Shown piece after piece: positions 26,066 to 39,620 of a stretch of 64,000 nt of DNA. The notes beneath the pieces were generated by a model. That model saw nothing but the letters and a program-made list of their open reading frames with translations. It was not told where the DNA came from and searched no databases. The position numbers were made by a program, and so were the translations under genes. Each line of letters begins with the position of its first letter. Within the stretch, counting starts at the first letter, position 1. The stretch comes from Eledone cirrhosa. Its lineage: Eukaryota. The stretch spans positions 319,672,001 to 319,736,000 of the forward strand of contig OZ024741.1 in the NCBI GenBank assembly GCA_964016885.1, in the 5' to 3' direction.

Positions 26066-26151
26066 TCATACAGATACAGACACATACATGCACACACATA
26101 TGCATACATCCATACATTAATACAACTGTAATTGTTTTTGTTCTCTTTCAG

Positions 26152-26229
26152 CTGTATTGTGGGGGAGATATGTTTTCCATTTCCGAATTTGAATTGGCTT
26201 CTGTTCGTTGGGGCGTGATTATCGAAGAT
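26152..26229 (+). CDS. BTBD16: BTBD16-like exon E (LYCGGDMFSISEFELASVRWGVIIED)
   Basis: ctttcag|CTG...GAT|gtaagt; phase 0/0; GGDM...VRxG motif as in BTBD16. Confidence 0.88.
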
Positions 26230-28179
26230 GTAAGTAGTTGATATTTGCTTCACATACACATACTACTGAGTCTCACACACACTCTTACACTATAACACAC
26301 CCAGACACATACACATGTTGTAACATACTTACACACTTATGCATACACACTATAACACCACCTCACACACACACACACTATAACACCACCTTACACACAT
26401 ATATGCATATACAAACTATACCAGCACCTCACACACACATAATAGACTCATACACTTACACATACATACAAACACTATAACACAGCCTCTCACACACATA
26501 GACTCACATAACACTATAACACAGACTCGCAAACACATATCTAAAATTTGACTAATCCAGAACTAATATTCAATACCTACCGACAAATATTGATAAGATT
26601 GTTACAAAGTCAACAATGCTGACATGGGCATGCTCAACTTGGTAGAAATAGCAGTTCGGTTTCTCTAAAATCCCACCCTACTCACATAGAAATGGGAGTG
26701 ACACATCAAATAATACAGTCCTAGATAACACTACAAAGTATTGCTACAACTGGAATTCCATATTTGATAATAGATGAGATGCCGATAAACAACAACAACA
26801 ACCAAAACAACATTGATTAGAGTAGTTTTGTGATATTGCAAATGTCAGAATTATAGAGAAATCTATGCAACACATAAAAAACTGTCAGGCTTATTCACTT
26901 ACTGATTATATTTATTGGATTGCAATCACACTGCCTTTGATGGATTTTTGCTGACCATATTGTTTGCAGTACTTATTTAACTCACATACCTATCAAATGC
27001 TTAAGTTATGTACAGCAATGAATTGGCAAAGTCTTTAAGGTATTAGATTAAAAATGCCTTGTTATTTGTTACAGTTGACTGTGCTCTGAGAGAAAATCTC
27101 ACCAAGTTCATTTTTGCATTTCATCATTTTGAGGTCAATCATTAAGTATAAGTCCAGTATCGGCGTCAATTCTTCTTCTTTATCCTTATCTTTCTGTTTA
27201 AGAAATCAGTTGTGTTGTGTTCCAGCCTAGAAAGAGATGACCTCCACCTGTTCTTAAAAATGCCCAAGACACATAATGTGTCAGACAGTTGTGCCCTTCA
27301 AGACTCCACCATGAGTTAATGGATCTTCACATTTTATCTTCTGCTGCTACTGGTACCATGTAACCCAGTACAACCTACTTTATGGTCGATTAGTCAGTGA
27401 CAAAACTGGTTCCCCCATCAGAACCTGGTCTGGTGAGGATAAGTGGACCCCAGCAGCACAAAAAACAAGAGCTGTTAAAAGGGTGGATGAACTCTTCTGG
27501 GTCAATGGCCATCCACCTCAACTATGGGTTAAATAGTCCAATGACTGAAACCAATAAAGGAATTCAAATATATTTGCTCTAATACGATCTTAATCATGAA
27601 CAGCCAATATTTATTTCTAACATAAGTAAAAACAAACAATTATTTGTGTGTGCCACAAAGATAGAGAATCGATTATCTATATATCTAAAACAGAGCATGT
27701 CTAAAACTCGCCTAAATCACTAAAACTCGAGAACCACCCAACCGATTGTTTTCAAACTTTACACGTAATACTTATGGTCCTATTGAGTGTTCTGAGCAAT
27801 TTTCAATGCCCTAAGGACCGCATTAGGCGATTTAGCGATCTCTTTCTCTCTCTCTTAGTCTTTCTCTTTTTAGATAGATACATAGATATTACATCGCACC
27901 TTTATAATATCTGTTTGTATGCCTGACTGTCTGCATTACGTCATTATGACGCAATCAGTGTGTGTATATATATGTATATATAGTGTGTGTGTATATATAT
28001 ATATTCTTATGCCAAGGAACATCTTCACGAACCAAAGTATCGTCTTCCTGTTTTCCTTCGGCAGCAACATTTTTCGAAATATTTACTTCTGCGTTCACAG
28101 ATTGATTTCTTTATTTTAGTTTCAGAAGATCCCGTTAAGGGTGAAAGCAGCGATTCTTTGCTTAAACTTTAATCTGTTA

Positions 28180-28252
<73 letters not shown>

Positions 28253-29055
28253 AATATTGAGTTATAAACTCGAAATAGTCTTTTACAGTTAAATAGCTCA
28301 AAGAAGGGAATATTTCCGAGCCGTGTAATACAAATGAATATATGAGGGATGAACACCTATACAATTATACATGTGTTCGAATTGCAAATGATCAAGTCAG
28401 CTAGGTTAAAAAATACTAATTTAACATAATATGGTTTGCCTGTCTCGGTTTAAAATAATCTCCTTATAATATATAACCAGCAATTTTTCTGTCTGTCTGT
28501 CCGACAGTGGAAACATGTGCGCGCGTGGTTGCTATCTCTCTCTCCAGCTATCCCTCTCTTTTAGTCTGTCTGTTTCTCTCACTCTCACTCTTTCTCTTTG
28601 TAACACACTAACATTCCTCCCCTCTATCGCTGTGACGAATGGGGAGATGGAGGAGGAGGAGGAGGAGGCGACAGTCACTTTGTCACTTCACCTCTGCCTT
28701 TCTTTCTCTCCCCTCTCACTCCCTCATTACGTAGAGACATTAGGGCGGTGGATTGGCAGAATCTGTAGAGAGTCAGACACCATGCTTCATAGCATGGAGT
28801 TACGTCCCTTTACGGTCTGAATTCAAATACCGCCGAGGTTAACTTTGCCTTTCATCCTCACGGGGTCGATAAAATAAAGTACCAGTAATGTACTGGGTAA
28901 TTGCTGGCCTTGTGCAAAAAGTAGAAACAATTATTAGAAACATTGCTTCATTTTTACATATCTAAGCATTAGTAAAAATAACTAATAATTTCAAAAGTAA
29001 TTTTTCAATTCCAATTGTTATGAACAGCAAAACATTAATAATAATTTTGTTCTAA

Positions 29056-29254
29056 GAAATATATATACATTTCTGTGTGTGTAATATATATATACACACG
29101 CAGAAATATATATACATTTCTGTGTGTGTAATATATATATATACACACAGAAATATATATACATTTCTGTGTGTGTAATATATATATATATACATACGCA
29201 GAAATATATATATATATATACACACAGAAATATATATACATTTCTGTGTGTGTA

Positions 29255-29285
<31 letters not shown>

Positions 29286-29360
29286 AAAATATATATACAT
29301 TTCTGTGTGTGTAATATATATATATATATATATATATACGCACACACAGAAATATATGGG
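29056..29360. repeat. ~45-bp minisatellite (agaaatatatatacatttctgtgtgtgtaatata...)
   Basis: 6-7 units with variable TA length. Confidence 0.9.
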
Positions 29361-29868
29361 CATTTCTCTGTTTGTCTGTCTGTCTGTCTGTCTATCTGTC
29401 CTTCCCTAAAACTCAAATGTAGGTGCTACAGAAATATTACCTTCCCCTTCCTTTCTCCACTTTGGTACTACCAAGAGAAACACTGTCGCTATAGAAACAT
29501 TACCTTCCCCTCTCCACTGACTTTGGTCACTGAGGCCGAGGGAATCGCTAGTTGCTATAGAGACACCTTGCACAAGCCATAAGTAACCAGTTCGAGGCGG
29601 TTCTGACTTGACACCATGCCAAGGACCATTTGAAGATATATTTCTATCGTTATATCATAACGTTTATGTATCATAACGTTTATATTTCCGTCACTAATCT
29701 CTTTTTCTCCTTTTTCGTTTTAACATATATTTATTTCAAAGATTTCACCGTATAGATAACATATATATTTATACATGCATAAAAGACACACCGAGAGACG
29801 GTGAACATGTGGTGCCGAAAACATTTCTCATCCAAATCTCAACAATATCAGTATATACACTAGATTTG

Positions 29869-29905
29869 CTAGCAGAAAACCGCCCACCGGGTGGTTTTCT
29901 GCTAG
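29869..29905 (+). mobile_element. Helitron-type 3' terminus with a long hairpin; same family inverted at ~44703-45150
   Basis: ctagcagaaaaccgccc-acc-gggtggttttctgctag. Confidence 0.65.
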
Positions 29906-31050
29906 TCTATATATATAAAACTGAGGATGTCTGTCAGTGTGTGTGTGAGTTCGAATGCCTAAAACTCGTGAACTACCCAACCGACTGTTTTCAAACTTTA
30001 CACATGTAATACTTATGTTTCAGGGAGTGTTCTGAGCAAAATAAATTTCAAATTTTAATGACCTAAGGACCGCATTAATCGATTTAGCGATCTCGCTCTA
30101 TAATTCTTAGTCTTTCTCATACATATAACGTCGCGCCCTTGTAATATCTGTCTGTATGTCTGGCTGTCTGCATTACGTCACTTCCCTGAGGATGTCTGTC
30201 TGTGTGTGTCTGTGTGTTTGTGAGTTTGAATCCCTAAAACTTGAGAAGTACCTAACCGATCTTTTTCAAACTTTACATGTGTATTACTTCTGTTTCAGGG
30301 AGTGTTATGCAGATACAATTCAACTTTTTTTTATATCTTAGGGCCCGCATTAGGTGAAAAACTATGTTTTTAAAGATTTTTAGAGGTTTTTTGAGGCGTT
30401 ACGTCAGACCAATTTCCTTGAAATTGTAACTATGTATTAGTCAGTCTCTTCTTCATACCGTAAGCAAAGAAAATCCAACTTTCTTATGGCCTAGGGCCCG
30501 CATTAGGTGAAAAACTTCATTTTTTCAGCTTCTTAGGCTTTTTGGAGGCGTTACGTCTAGCCAATTTTCCCGAAATTTAAAGGCATATTATGCACATAAA
30601 AATAATTCATTTTCTTGATCTCCTAGGGCCTGCATTAGGTGAAAACACTTAATTGTTGCGAAACAAATTTAGAATTTGTCCGGGTATCACGGCCATTGCC
30701 AATAGAGGTTTGTTATTTTTATTGATTTATTATTTTAAATCGAGACAGGCAAACCATATTATGTTAAATTAGTATTTTTAAACCTACCTAACTTGGTCAT
30801 TTGCAATTCGAACACATGTATAATTGTATAGGTGTTCATCCCTCATATATTCATTTGTATATATATATATATTCGTGTACAGATATTTTTGCATACACAA
30901 TAACAAAATATAAACAAAAGTATTTATTTCGCGATAAAGTATTGATTTTCTTCGCACGGAAAAAACCCTGGTAATCTATGACGAATTTTTCTTATAAGCA
31001 CAAAATGTAGACACCATCCCGAGGCTGAGGTATTCCGTACTTCTCTGTAC
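29906..31050 (+). mobile_element. Related Helitron-like element, 3' end unresolved; internal ~120-bp subrepeats
   Basis: TCTATATATATAAAA start after CTAG; shares aaaactcg..ccaaccgat..ttcaaactttacac and ggaccgcatta motifs with copies 1 and 2. Confidence 0.65.
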
Positions 31051-31052
31051 TG

Positions 31053-31128
<76 letters not shown>

Positions 31129-31278
31129 GTACACATACATATATGCACGTATCAGTTTAGCGGACGCTTATTATAACGCCGCTTTGTTCGTTTGTAAACA
31201 AACTGAACAGCCTGAATTTTTATGCCGTACGGTGTTAAGGCAACCACGTCACCTTTTTGTTCAACACTGACACAGGAA

Positions 31279-31319
31279 CGATGTACTAGTTTCAAGCTTG
31301 TTAGCTATCATCAGCACCG
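31279..31319 (-). ncRNA. Minimal type I hammerhead ribozyme
   Basis: cggtg CTGATGA t agct-aaca-agct t GAAA ctag TA catcg. Confidence 0.85.
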
Positions 31320-31553
31320 TATACCCATCTGCCAGATAGTTGAACGTTCGAAAGTATATACTTTCCTTATGAAAATTAACGGCTGAGCAGCCTAATTTGC
31401 ATATCGAGTGAGCTAAGTCGGTCAGACATACCGAAAACGATAAGTTGAAATAAAATGAAAACGAAATTTCATTTCTCACTCTTAGTACGGCACTTACTTA
31501 AATGTAAGTATGTGTGTATACGTACATACATATATGTATACAGACGTACAGTA

Positions 31554-31603
<50 letters not shown>

Positions 31604-31753
31604 GTACACCTACATGTATGCACGTATCGGTTTAGCGGACGCTTATTATAACGCCGCTTTGTTCGTTTGTAAACAAACTGAACAGCCTGAATTTTTATGC
31701 CGTACGGTGTTAAGGCAACCACGTCACCTTTTTGTTCAACACTGACACAGGAA

Positions 31754-31794
31754 CGATGTACTAGTTTCAAGCTTGTTAGCTATCATCAGCACCG
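31754..31794 (-). ncRNA. Minimal type I hammerhead ribozyme (copy 2)
   Basis: Identical motif. Confidence 0.85.
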
Positions 31795-31878
31795 TATACC
31801 CATCTGCCAGATAGTTGAACGTTTGAAAGTATATACTTTCCTACCGCTAAACTGATACGTGCATATATGTATGTGTAC

Positions 31879-32073
<195 letters not shown>

Positions 32074-32310
32074 TGCTACTGAACGTCTGTATACATATAT
32101 GTATGTACGTATACACACATACTTACATTTAAGTAAGTGCCGTACTAAGAGTGAGAAATGAAATTTCGTTTTCATTTTATTTCAACTTATCGTTTTCAGT
32201 ATGCCTGACCGACTTAGCTCAATCGATATGCAAATTAGGCTGCTCAGCCGTTAATTTTCATAAGGAAAGTATATACTTTCGAACGTTCAACTATCTGGCA
32301 GATGGGTATA

Positions 32311-32351
32311 CGGTGCTGATGATAGCTAACAAGCTTGAAACTAGTACATCG
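32311..32351 (+). ncRNA. Minimal type I hammerhead ribozyme (copy 3)
   Basis: Identical motif on the + strand. Confidence 0.85.
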
Positions 32352-32518
32352 TTCCTGTGTCAGTGTTGAACAAAAAGGTGACGTGGTTGCGTTAACACCG
32401 TACGGCATAAAAATTCAGGCTGTCCAGTTTGTTTACAAACGAACAAAGCGGCGATATAATAAGCGTCCGCTAAACTGATACGTGCATATATGTATGTGTA
32501 CCTGTATATATATATATA

Positions 32519-33981
32519 TCTATATATATAAAACTGTGGTTGTCTGTCTATCGATTTTTGGCACACATCTCCTCTTAGAATCTCTCACGGAATTGCACCG
32601 AAATTGCTATACTTGTACATTGAGCCCTAGCGAAGACATCGGAAAAAAAATATTTCAAATTGACCCGCCCTATCTGACGAAATCGAATATAATGTATCGA
32701 TTTTTGAGCGTAAGTGATCAGTTATTTCCCTTTGTTCTGTTTACATTGAGCGTCTGCGTGCAAAAATTAAAAAAATTACGCTGGCTTTCTCAGCGTTTAA
32801 AATGACATTAACACAATAATTTTTACTTGAAAACAAGTCTATTTAAAGACTACGTAAAACAAGCAAATATTTCGTAAAAAAAAGCAAAAATTATATAAGT
32901 TTATTTAAAATATATGTATCTGTAAATTTCGTTAGGCGTGCAGTCAGTTTTATATATATAGATGATAAACAATAATATCCTCTATGAGGTCACTAAACCT
33001 GCTAGAAACAGCAGCTAACTCTCCCTCATATCACACCACTCCCCACTGTCTTAAATTTAGAAAACACATATCCTCTATGAGGTTACTAAACCTGCTAGAA
33101 ACAGCAGCTAACTCTCCCTCATATCACACCACTCCCTACTGTCTTAAATTTAGAAAACACATATCCTCTATGAGGTTACTAAACCTGCTAGAAACAGCAG
33201 CTAACTCTCCCCCATATCATACCCCTCCCTACTGTCTTAAATTTAGAAAACATATCTTCTATGAGGTCGCTAAACCTGCTAGAAACAGCAGCTAACTCTC
33301 CCTCATATCACACCCCTCCCTACTGTCTTAAATTTAGAAAACATATCCTCTATGAGGTCACTAAACCTGCTAGAAACAGCAGCTAACTCTCCCCCATATC
33401 ACACCCCTCTCTACTGTCTTAAATTTAGAAAACATATCTTCTATGAGGTCACTAAACCTGCTAGAAACAGCAGCTAACTCTCCCTCATATCACACCACTC
33501 CCTACTGTCTTAAATTTAGAAAACACATATCCTCTATGAGGTCACTAAACCTGCTAGAAACAGCAGCTAACTCTCCCTCATATCACACCACTCCCTACTG
33601 TCTTAAATTTAGAAAACACATATCCTCTATGAGGTCACTAAACCTGCTAGAAACAACAGCTAACTCTCCCTCATATCACAACCCTCCCTACTGTCTTAAA
33701 TTTAGAAAACACACAGACAACCATGCAGAACAACTCCATCGCAGCTCTGTTGTTCGGCTGGCATCGTCTACTCGCGTGTTGCGCAAGTACTGTGAAACAA
33801 TAAATTTCAACACTTTTTTGCACAGAGATAATATCCATAGGCGAAACTACAATTGTCACTGCTGGCGCAGCTCATGCTTCCAGGTCTGCAATTCATTCAC
33901 CCAGTGCCTGGCAGACAAAAAAGTGCTGCAACCTAACTTTGGTAACTTAGTGACCCCGAGCAACGCCGGGCTTTAATGCTA

Positions 33982-33982
<1 letters not shown>
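32519..33982 (+). mobile_element. Helitron-like element inserted in (TA)n of the retrozyme array
   Basis: a|TCTATATATATAAAA ... cccgagcaacgccggg..CTAG|t. Confidence 0.8.
32975..33713. repeat. 91-93 bp tandem repeat, 8 copies
   Basis: atatcctctatgaggtcactaaacctgctagaaacagcagctaactctccc...ttaaatttagaaaacac. Confidence 0.97.
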
Positions 33983-34038
<56 letters not shown>

Positions 34039-34150
34039 TGCTACTGTACGTCTGTATACATATATGTATGTACGTATACACACATACTTACATTTAAGTA
34101 AGTGCCGTACTAAGAGTGAGAAATGAAATTTCGTTTTCATTTTATTTCAA

Positions 34151-34202
<52 letters not shown>

Positions 34203-34348
34203 TATATTCGTGTACAGATATTTTTGCATACACAATAACAAAATATAAACAAACATATTTATTTTACGAGGCTCGATAAGGCTAAATATATATCAAATAT
34301 ATAAGAACCCTAGAGCAAATCCCGAGCAACGCCGGGCCATTCTGCTAG

Positions 34349-34974
34349 TCTATATATCTAAAACAGATAATGTCTGTCTTTCTAGTTGTCTGTCTGTCTG
34401 TCCAATCACTAAAACTCGAGAACCATCCAACCGATTATTTTAAAACTTTACACATGTAATACTAATGGTCCTGTGAGTGTTTTGAGCAAAAGAAATTTCA
34501 AATTCCCCAGGGACCGCATTAGGCGATTTAGCGATCTTTGTCTATAACTCTTAGTCTTTCCTCTTTTTAGATAGATACATAGATATAACGTTGCACCTTA
34601 TAATATCTGTCTGTATGCCTGGCTGTCTGCATTACGACATTATGACGTAGCTGTGTGTATGTGTGTGTGTGTGTATATATATAGTGTGTAACGTTTTTCG
34701 AAATATTTACTTCTGCGTTCACAGATTGATTTTTTAAATTTTAGTTTCAGAAGATCCCGTTAAGGGTGAAAGCAGCGATTCTTTGCTTAAACTTTAATCT
34801 ATTATTTTAATATATATATATATAATTATATATTCGTGTACAGATATTTTTGCATACACAATAACAAAATATAAACAAATGTATTTATTTCACGAGGCTA
34901 GATAAGGATAAATATATATCAAATATATAAGAACCCTAGAGCAAATCCTGAGCAATGCCGGGCCATTCTGCTAG
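34349..34974 (+). mobile_element. Non-autonomous Helitron-like copy 2, 626 bp, head-to-tail with copy 1
   Basis: TC start directly after CTAG; ends hairpin + CTAG|t. Confidence 0.85.
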
Positions 34975-36310
34975 TATGAATTAAAGTAATTTATTGCTAT
35001 TTTATTTTAACCTAAATGGACATAACTACATACCACAATGCATTTTGTCTGATACTTTTCTGGTGTGCCATTCACTGCCTTCATGAAATCCAAATATTTA
35101 TTATAAAAACAAAGAGCTTTGAGGTTTAACAATGATTTCTAACCTAGGCAGAAGGCCAGCAACTTTGAGAGGAGAAAAAAATTGATTAAATTGAACCCAG
35201 TGATTGATTGGTACTTTATTTTATCAAGCACAGAAGGATAAAAGGCAAATTTCAACTTGGCAGGATTTGAACTTAGGACGTAAGGACCCATAAAGAAGCA
35301 AATTTGGAGATGGTGGGATTTTAACTTAGAATGTAAAGACCCATAAAGAAATGCTGCAAAGCATTTTCTCAGTCATACTAACAATTCTGCCAATTCCCTG
35401 ACTTCTACTTGTTAATAATAACAGCCAAATCTTGCTCAAACTTAACCCCACTCTCTTAAAAGAAAACATTAAATAGTCTTGTCCAAAATACATTATTACA
35501 CAATGCTTCAAATAAAATTATTTGGTAACACGTGTGGTATGCATTTGATTGTAGGTCTACCTGATCAGGGCTGACTTGGGAGCTAACGAGCAACAATAAT
35601 GACAAAAACAACTACAAATATTTACAATGATTTAATGATAAACAAGGCTAGAACCGTTATGGTAAGCTCATACTCGGACAGTGGAGTGTAACGAAATCAT
35701 AATGAGATCTGTGCAAACCATAAATCTTTTGGTGTCATTTATAGCTACTGTTCTATTGTAAATTCAGTATTTCATAACTCCCCTGTCTTTACATGGCACA
35801 TACTATGAAAATATGATTTATTTAGTTCATATGAGCGTGTTCATAATTCATATTATGAGTGTGTTTCGTAAATTAAAATAAATTGAAATATTTCTAGCCT
35901 TACTCTCAAAATAATTTTCAGATTAAATTTCTCTGGTTATAACATGTCAGGTAGAAAAAGAAAGCCAAAAGAGTTAGAAGAAATTGTGGTGATAGTCTTG
36001 GATGAATGAAGTTTTATATTCACTTGCCATATTCAGAAAATCATGTCCTATTTCTATGCATGTCTTTTATGCACATCATTCCTCGCAAGTTACTTTCACC
36101 TTGCCTCTTGCTAACACAATATAATCAGCTCATTTGTTCTTTCTCTTTTTCTAAATCTATGTAACCGTTCTTAAACAAACAAACTTATTAATTGAATATG
36201 TTTCACTGAGGAGATCCAATAAGACAGAAATGTATCCGCTGCTATCAGCAGGTGGCTTATATACAAGGTCCATTTGTACTGTATTATCTTAAATTGTTTA
36301 CACACGCGCG

Positions 36311-36341
<31 letters not shown>

Positions 36342-36749
36342 GTATTTTAATATATAATGTGTGTGTATTTTAATTCAAGTGAAAAATCAAAGATGATACT
36401 TCAAATCATATTATTAACGTTTCAATTTTAATGTAATCAGGTAACAGTAAAATATCCTTAGGACATCATTGTAAGACTGTAGAAGTCCCAAAGAAAAACA
36501 AGCCATGGTCAATGAGCTATAGATATCAAAGTTTCTTTTCCCCAAAACACATATGCAAAGCAATTGATTAGATGGGAAAAATAAAGCATAAGTTTTTAGG
36601 GGCAACATGTGATGAGTTTAAAATTATAAAGGTCCAATATCAGGCAAAGCTATAGTATAGTTTATATATAAAAAAAATGCAAATATGTTTTCTACTTACT
36701 AAATGTTTTCATTTTACGGAGAATACTATTAAAAAAAACAAACAACAAA

Positions 36750-36932
36750 ACAAACATTATATACTGTAGGATCTACGTTTGTGCTATATTCAATCTTAAA
36801 ATTTTTATTATTAATCCTGGCTAGGTTTTGGGCTAGGTTTTTGGTGGTAGAGTATAATAGCTTAACTGTGTATCTATTAAATATTTTGCTGTAGCGGTGT
36901 GATTTAGGGAAAAATCTCATGCATTGAAGCAA
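36750..36932 (-). pseudogene. Decayed fragment of the same Penelope-like family as 48418-50628
   Basis: FPKSHRYSKIFNRYTVKLLYSTTKNLAQNLARINNK vs FPRTHRYHSIFNRHTIKLTYSSTKNLAQNINRINNR. Confidence 0.85.
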
Positions 36933-37183
36933 AGTCCAGTGATGCTCATTTTTAGCCCCAATTGGGTCTTGTTCTGTTGTGGCCTAGTTACATAATTTGT
37001 AGGGGAATCCCTATGGTGTTTGCTAGGGTATGTGGAGTTTGTGTTAGATTTTGTGCTGTAGTTATTTATGGTGGGTTACTGTGTCGATGGGTTGATTTAG
37101 CTGTTACCTCCCCCACCTCACCCTGGTTAAGCTCGTGGTTGTTGCAATACTATATTTAGTGCTTGCTAAGTTGGTTCTATTTC

Positions 37184-37218
<35 letters not shown>

Positions 37219-38000
37219 GACGCATTTATATTATACTTGTAATTGTCTATATATTTTTCTGTGTAATTATATGGATTGCTCTAGTGGAAAGTATATATAT
37301 GTGTGTGTTTGTATGTATATATATATATATGCAATAAGCTCAGTTTTCTCTCCGTTAAAACAAATAGCTTTGCTTAACCGTTGATCACCTAACAAGATAC
37401 ATTTTTTACTGATAACACGAATTCATGTACATTTGGGCATACATATATGAATGTATATGTATATATATATATATATGTGTGTGTTTGTATGTATGATATA
37501 TAGATATATAATGTATTTATATGTATATGTGTATATATATATATATAATGTATTTATATAGATATATGTGTTTATACATAACGTATTTATATATATATGT
37601 GTATCTATATATATATATACACACAGACACATATAATTATATCTAATTCCTTCAATTTGGCAACACCACAAGTGCAATTATTTTCTTTCACATCGTTCTC
37701 GTGACTATGGCCATTCCACAGTACTTCTACAAATAAACAATAGCTTTTGTATTAGATAACATTGAAATACCCACCAGAATAGCAGAACACAACAACAAGT
37801 CATTCTCTCCTTTATTACTTTCCAACAATGATTACAGCATCAACGAATATTTCTTGCAGAATGTTTTTCATTTCATTCCATTTCATTTCCTATATTTTAC
37901 ATAATATTATATATATATTTTTTTAAAACTTTATTTATTTGTGTTCTTTGATTCCATATCAAAAGCCTTATTTGTAACCAATTTCCTCTTTTGCTTCCCC

Positions 38001-38046
<46 letters not shown>

Positions 38047-38254
38047 AAACAAAAGCAAATGTATTAACTTTGAACAATGTAAGTGAGATGTCATCCTTGA
38101 TGGATGTTGCTGACACAACAATCTTAATCTCATCATACGCTTCATCTAAAATAACACGGGAAGGTACTATAATATTCGATTTGCTTGCCCTCCTCCCATT
38201 GTATGTATGTCTGTGTGTGTGTATATATTTATTTATATATATTCATACATATAC

Positions 38255-38295
<41 letters not shown>

Positions 38296-38385
38296 CATGT
38301 ATGTCTATATATATATATATATATACACACACACATGCGTGTGCATATGTATATATGCATGCAAATACATATGTGTATGTATGTT

Positions 38386-38425
<40 letters not shown>

Positions 38426-39205
38426 CACATATGTATTTGCATGCATATGCACACACACTCACTCACTTACACATAAACATGCACATATGAACTACATATG
38501 ATGTCAAGATTTAATATCAATTTTGTGATGCGTTTCTGCATTATTGATATAGATTTAGAAACTGATCCGTTTTGGCGTATTTAAGTATATCTTATACACA
38601 TTTAGTCCTATATATATTTCCTTATAACCACTCTAGTTATTGATGATTGTTTAATATGAATTGATGATCAGTTATACTATCGTTTGTTTACATTTAATCC
38701 AACAAAAAAACAGAAAAACCTGACAATATATGAACACCATATTTTTTGTTTGTCGGATAAGCATACTACCAGCTAAACTGTTGAATTTTCATGCAAAATT
38801 TAGACACTGTAGCTTATGAAAGACAGTAAGTAGTTCAGTTAAGGTGGATAGACATATAAATATAATTTGAGAGCAAAGTCAGTAAAAGAAAAGTAAAAGA
38901 GATATAGTTGACTGTACGTTCTTCCTGCCAAATAAAGACAGCCGTGATTTAATTCCTGCCAGTGGAGGTTTGTCATATGTATGTAAAGAAAGTTAAACTT
39001 CACCCATATAAAATCCAGTTCAGCATGGATGGATGTATAGATGGATTGATGCATACACATATATCTATGTATATATTCATATAGACACATATGACTCCAG
39101 TTCCCCAGTGAATTAACAACCCAACAAGGAACTGGGCATATCAGAGTATTGACAATATCATACACCTAAACAACATATGTACTTGTCTATACCATACTAA
39201 TTCAA

Positions 39206-39260
39206 ACTGCCTGAAGAGGTCACAACCAAAGATGGCTGTCACTGAAATATATATAGCAGT
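39206..39260 (+). ncRNA. Type I hammerhead in a solo pseudo-LTR remnant
   Basis: actgc CTGAAGA [imperfect stem II] GAAA tatata TA gcagt, followed by AATAAA and (TA)n. Confidence 0.72.
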
Positions 39261-39304
39261 AATAAACGAAGCTAAATTTTAATCATTTGACTTTTATTTA
39301 ACTT

Positions 39305-39374
<70 letters not shown>

Positions 39375-39576
39375 AAAAAAGGATGATTTGTTATGTCTTC
39401 ATTACGTTTATTGAGAAGTGACGCATATTTTGCTATTGATCAGCTCAAGGTTTGATCTGTATCGATCTAGCCCGACTCTAGAATCAAAAACTTGTCGGAC
39501 TTCTTTTGTGGTAATGAGCAATAGCGAAACATGCGTCGCTACTCAATAAATGTAATGAAAACATAACAAATCGTCC

Positions 39577-39608
<32 letters not shown>

Positions 39609-39620
39609 GTTATTGTTATT

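Noticed and set aside
32984-33976. Repeat-protein ORFs or a CRISPR-like array
   Set aside because: A 93-bp (multiple of 3) tandem repeat broken by 91-bp units; no unique spacers, no cas genes, eukaryotic context
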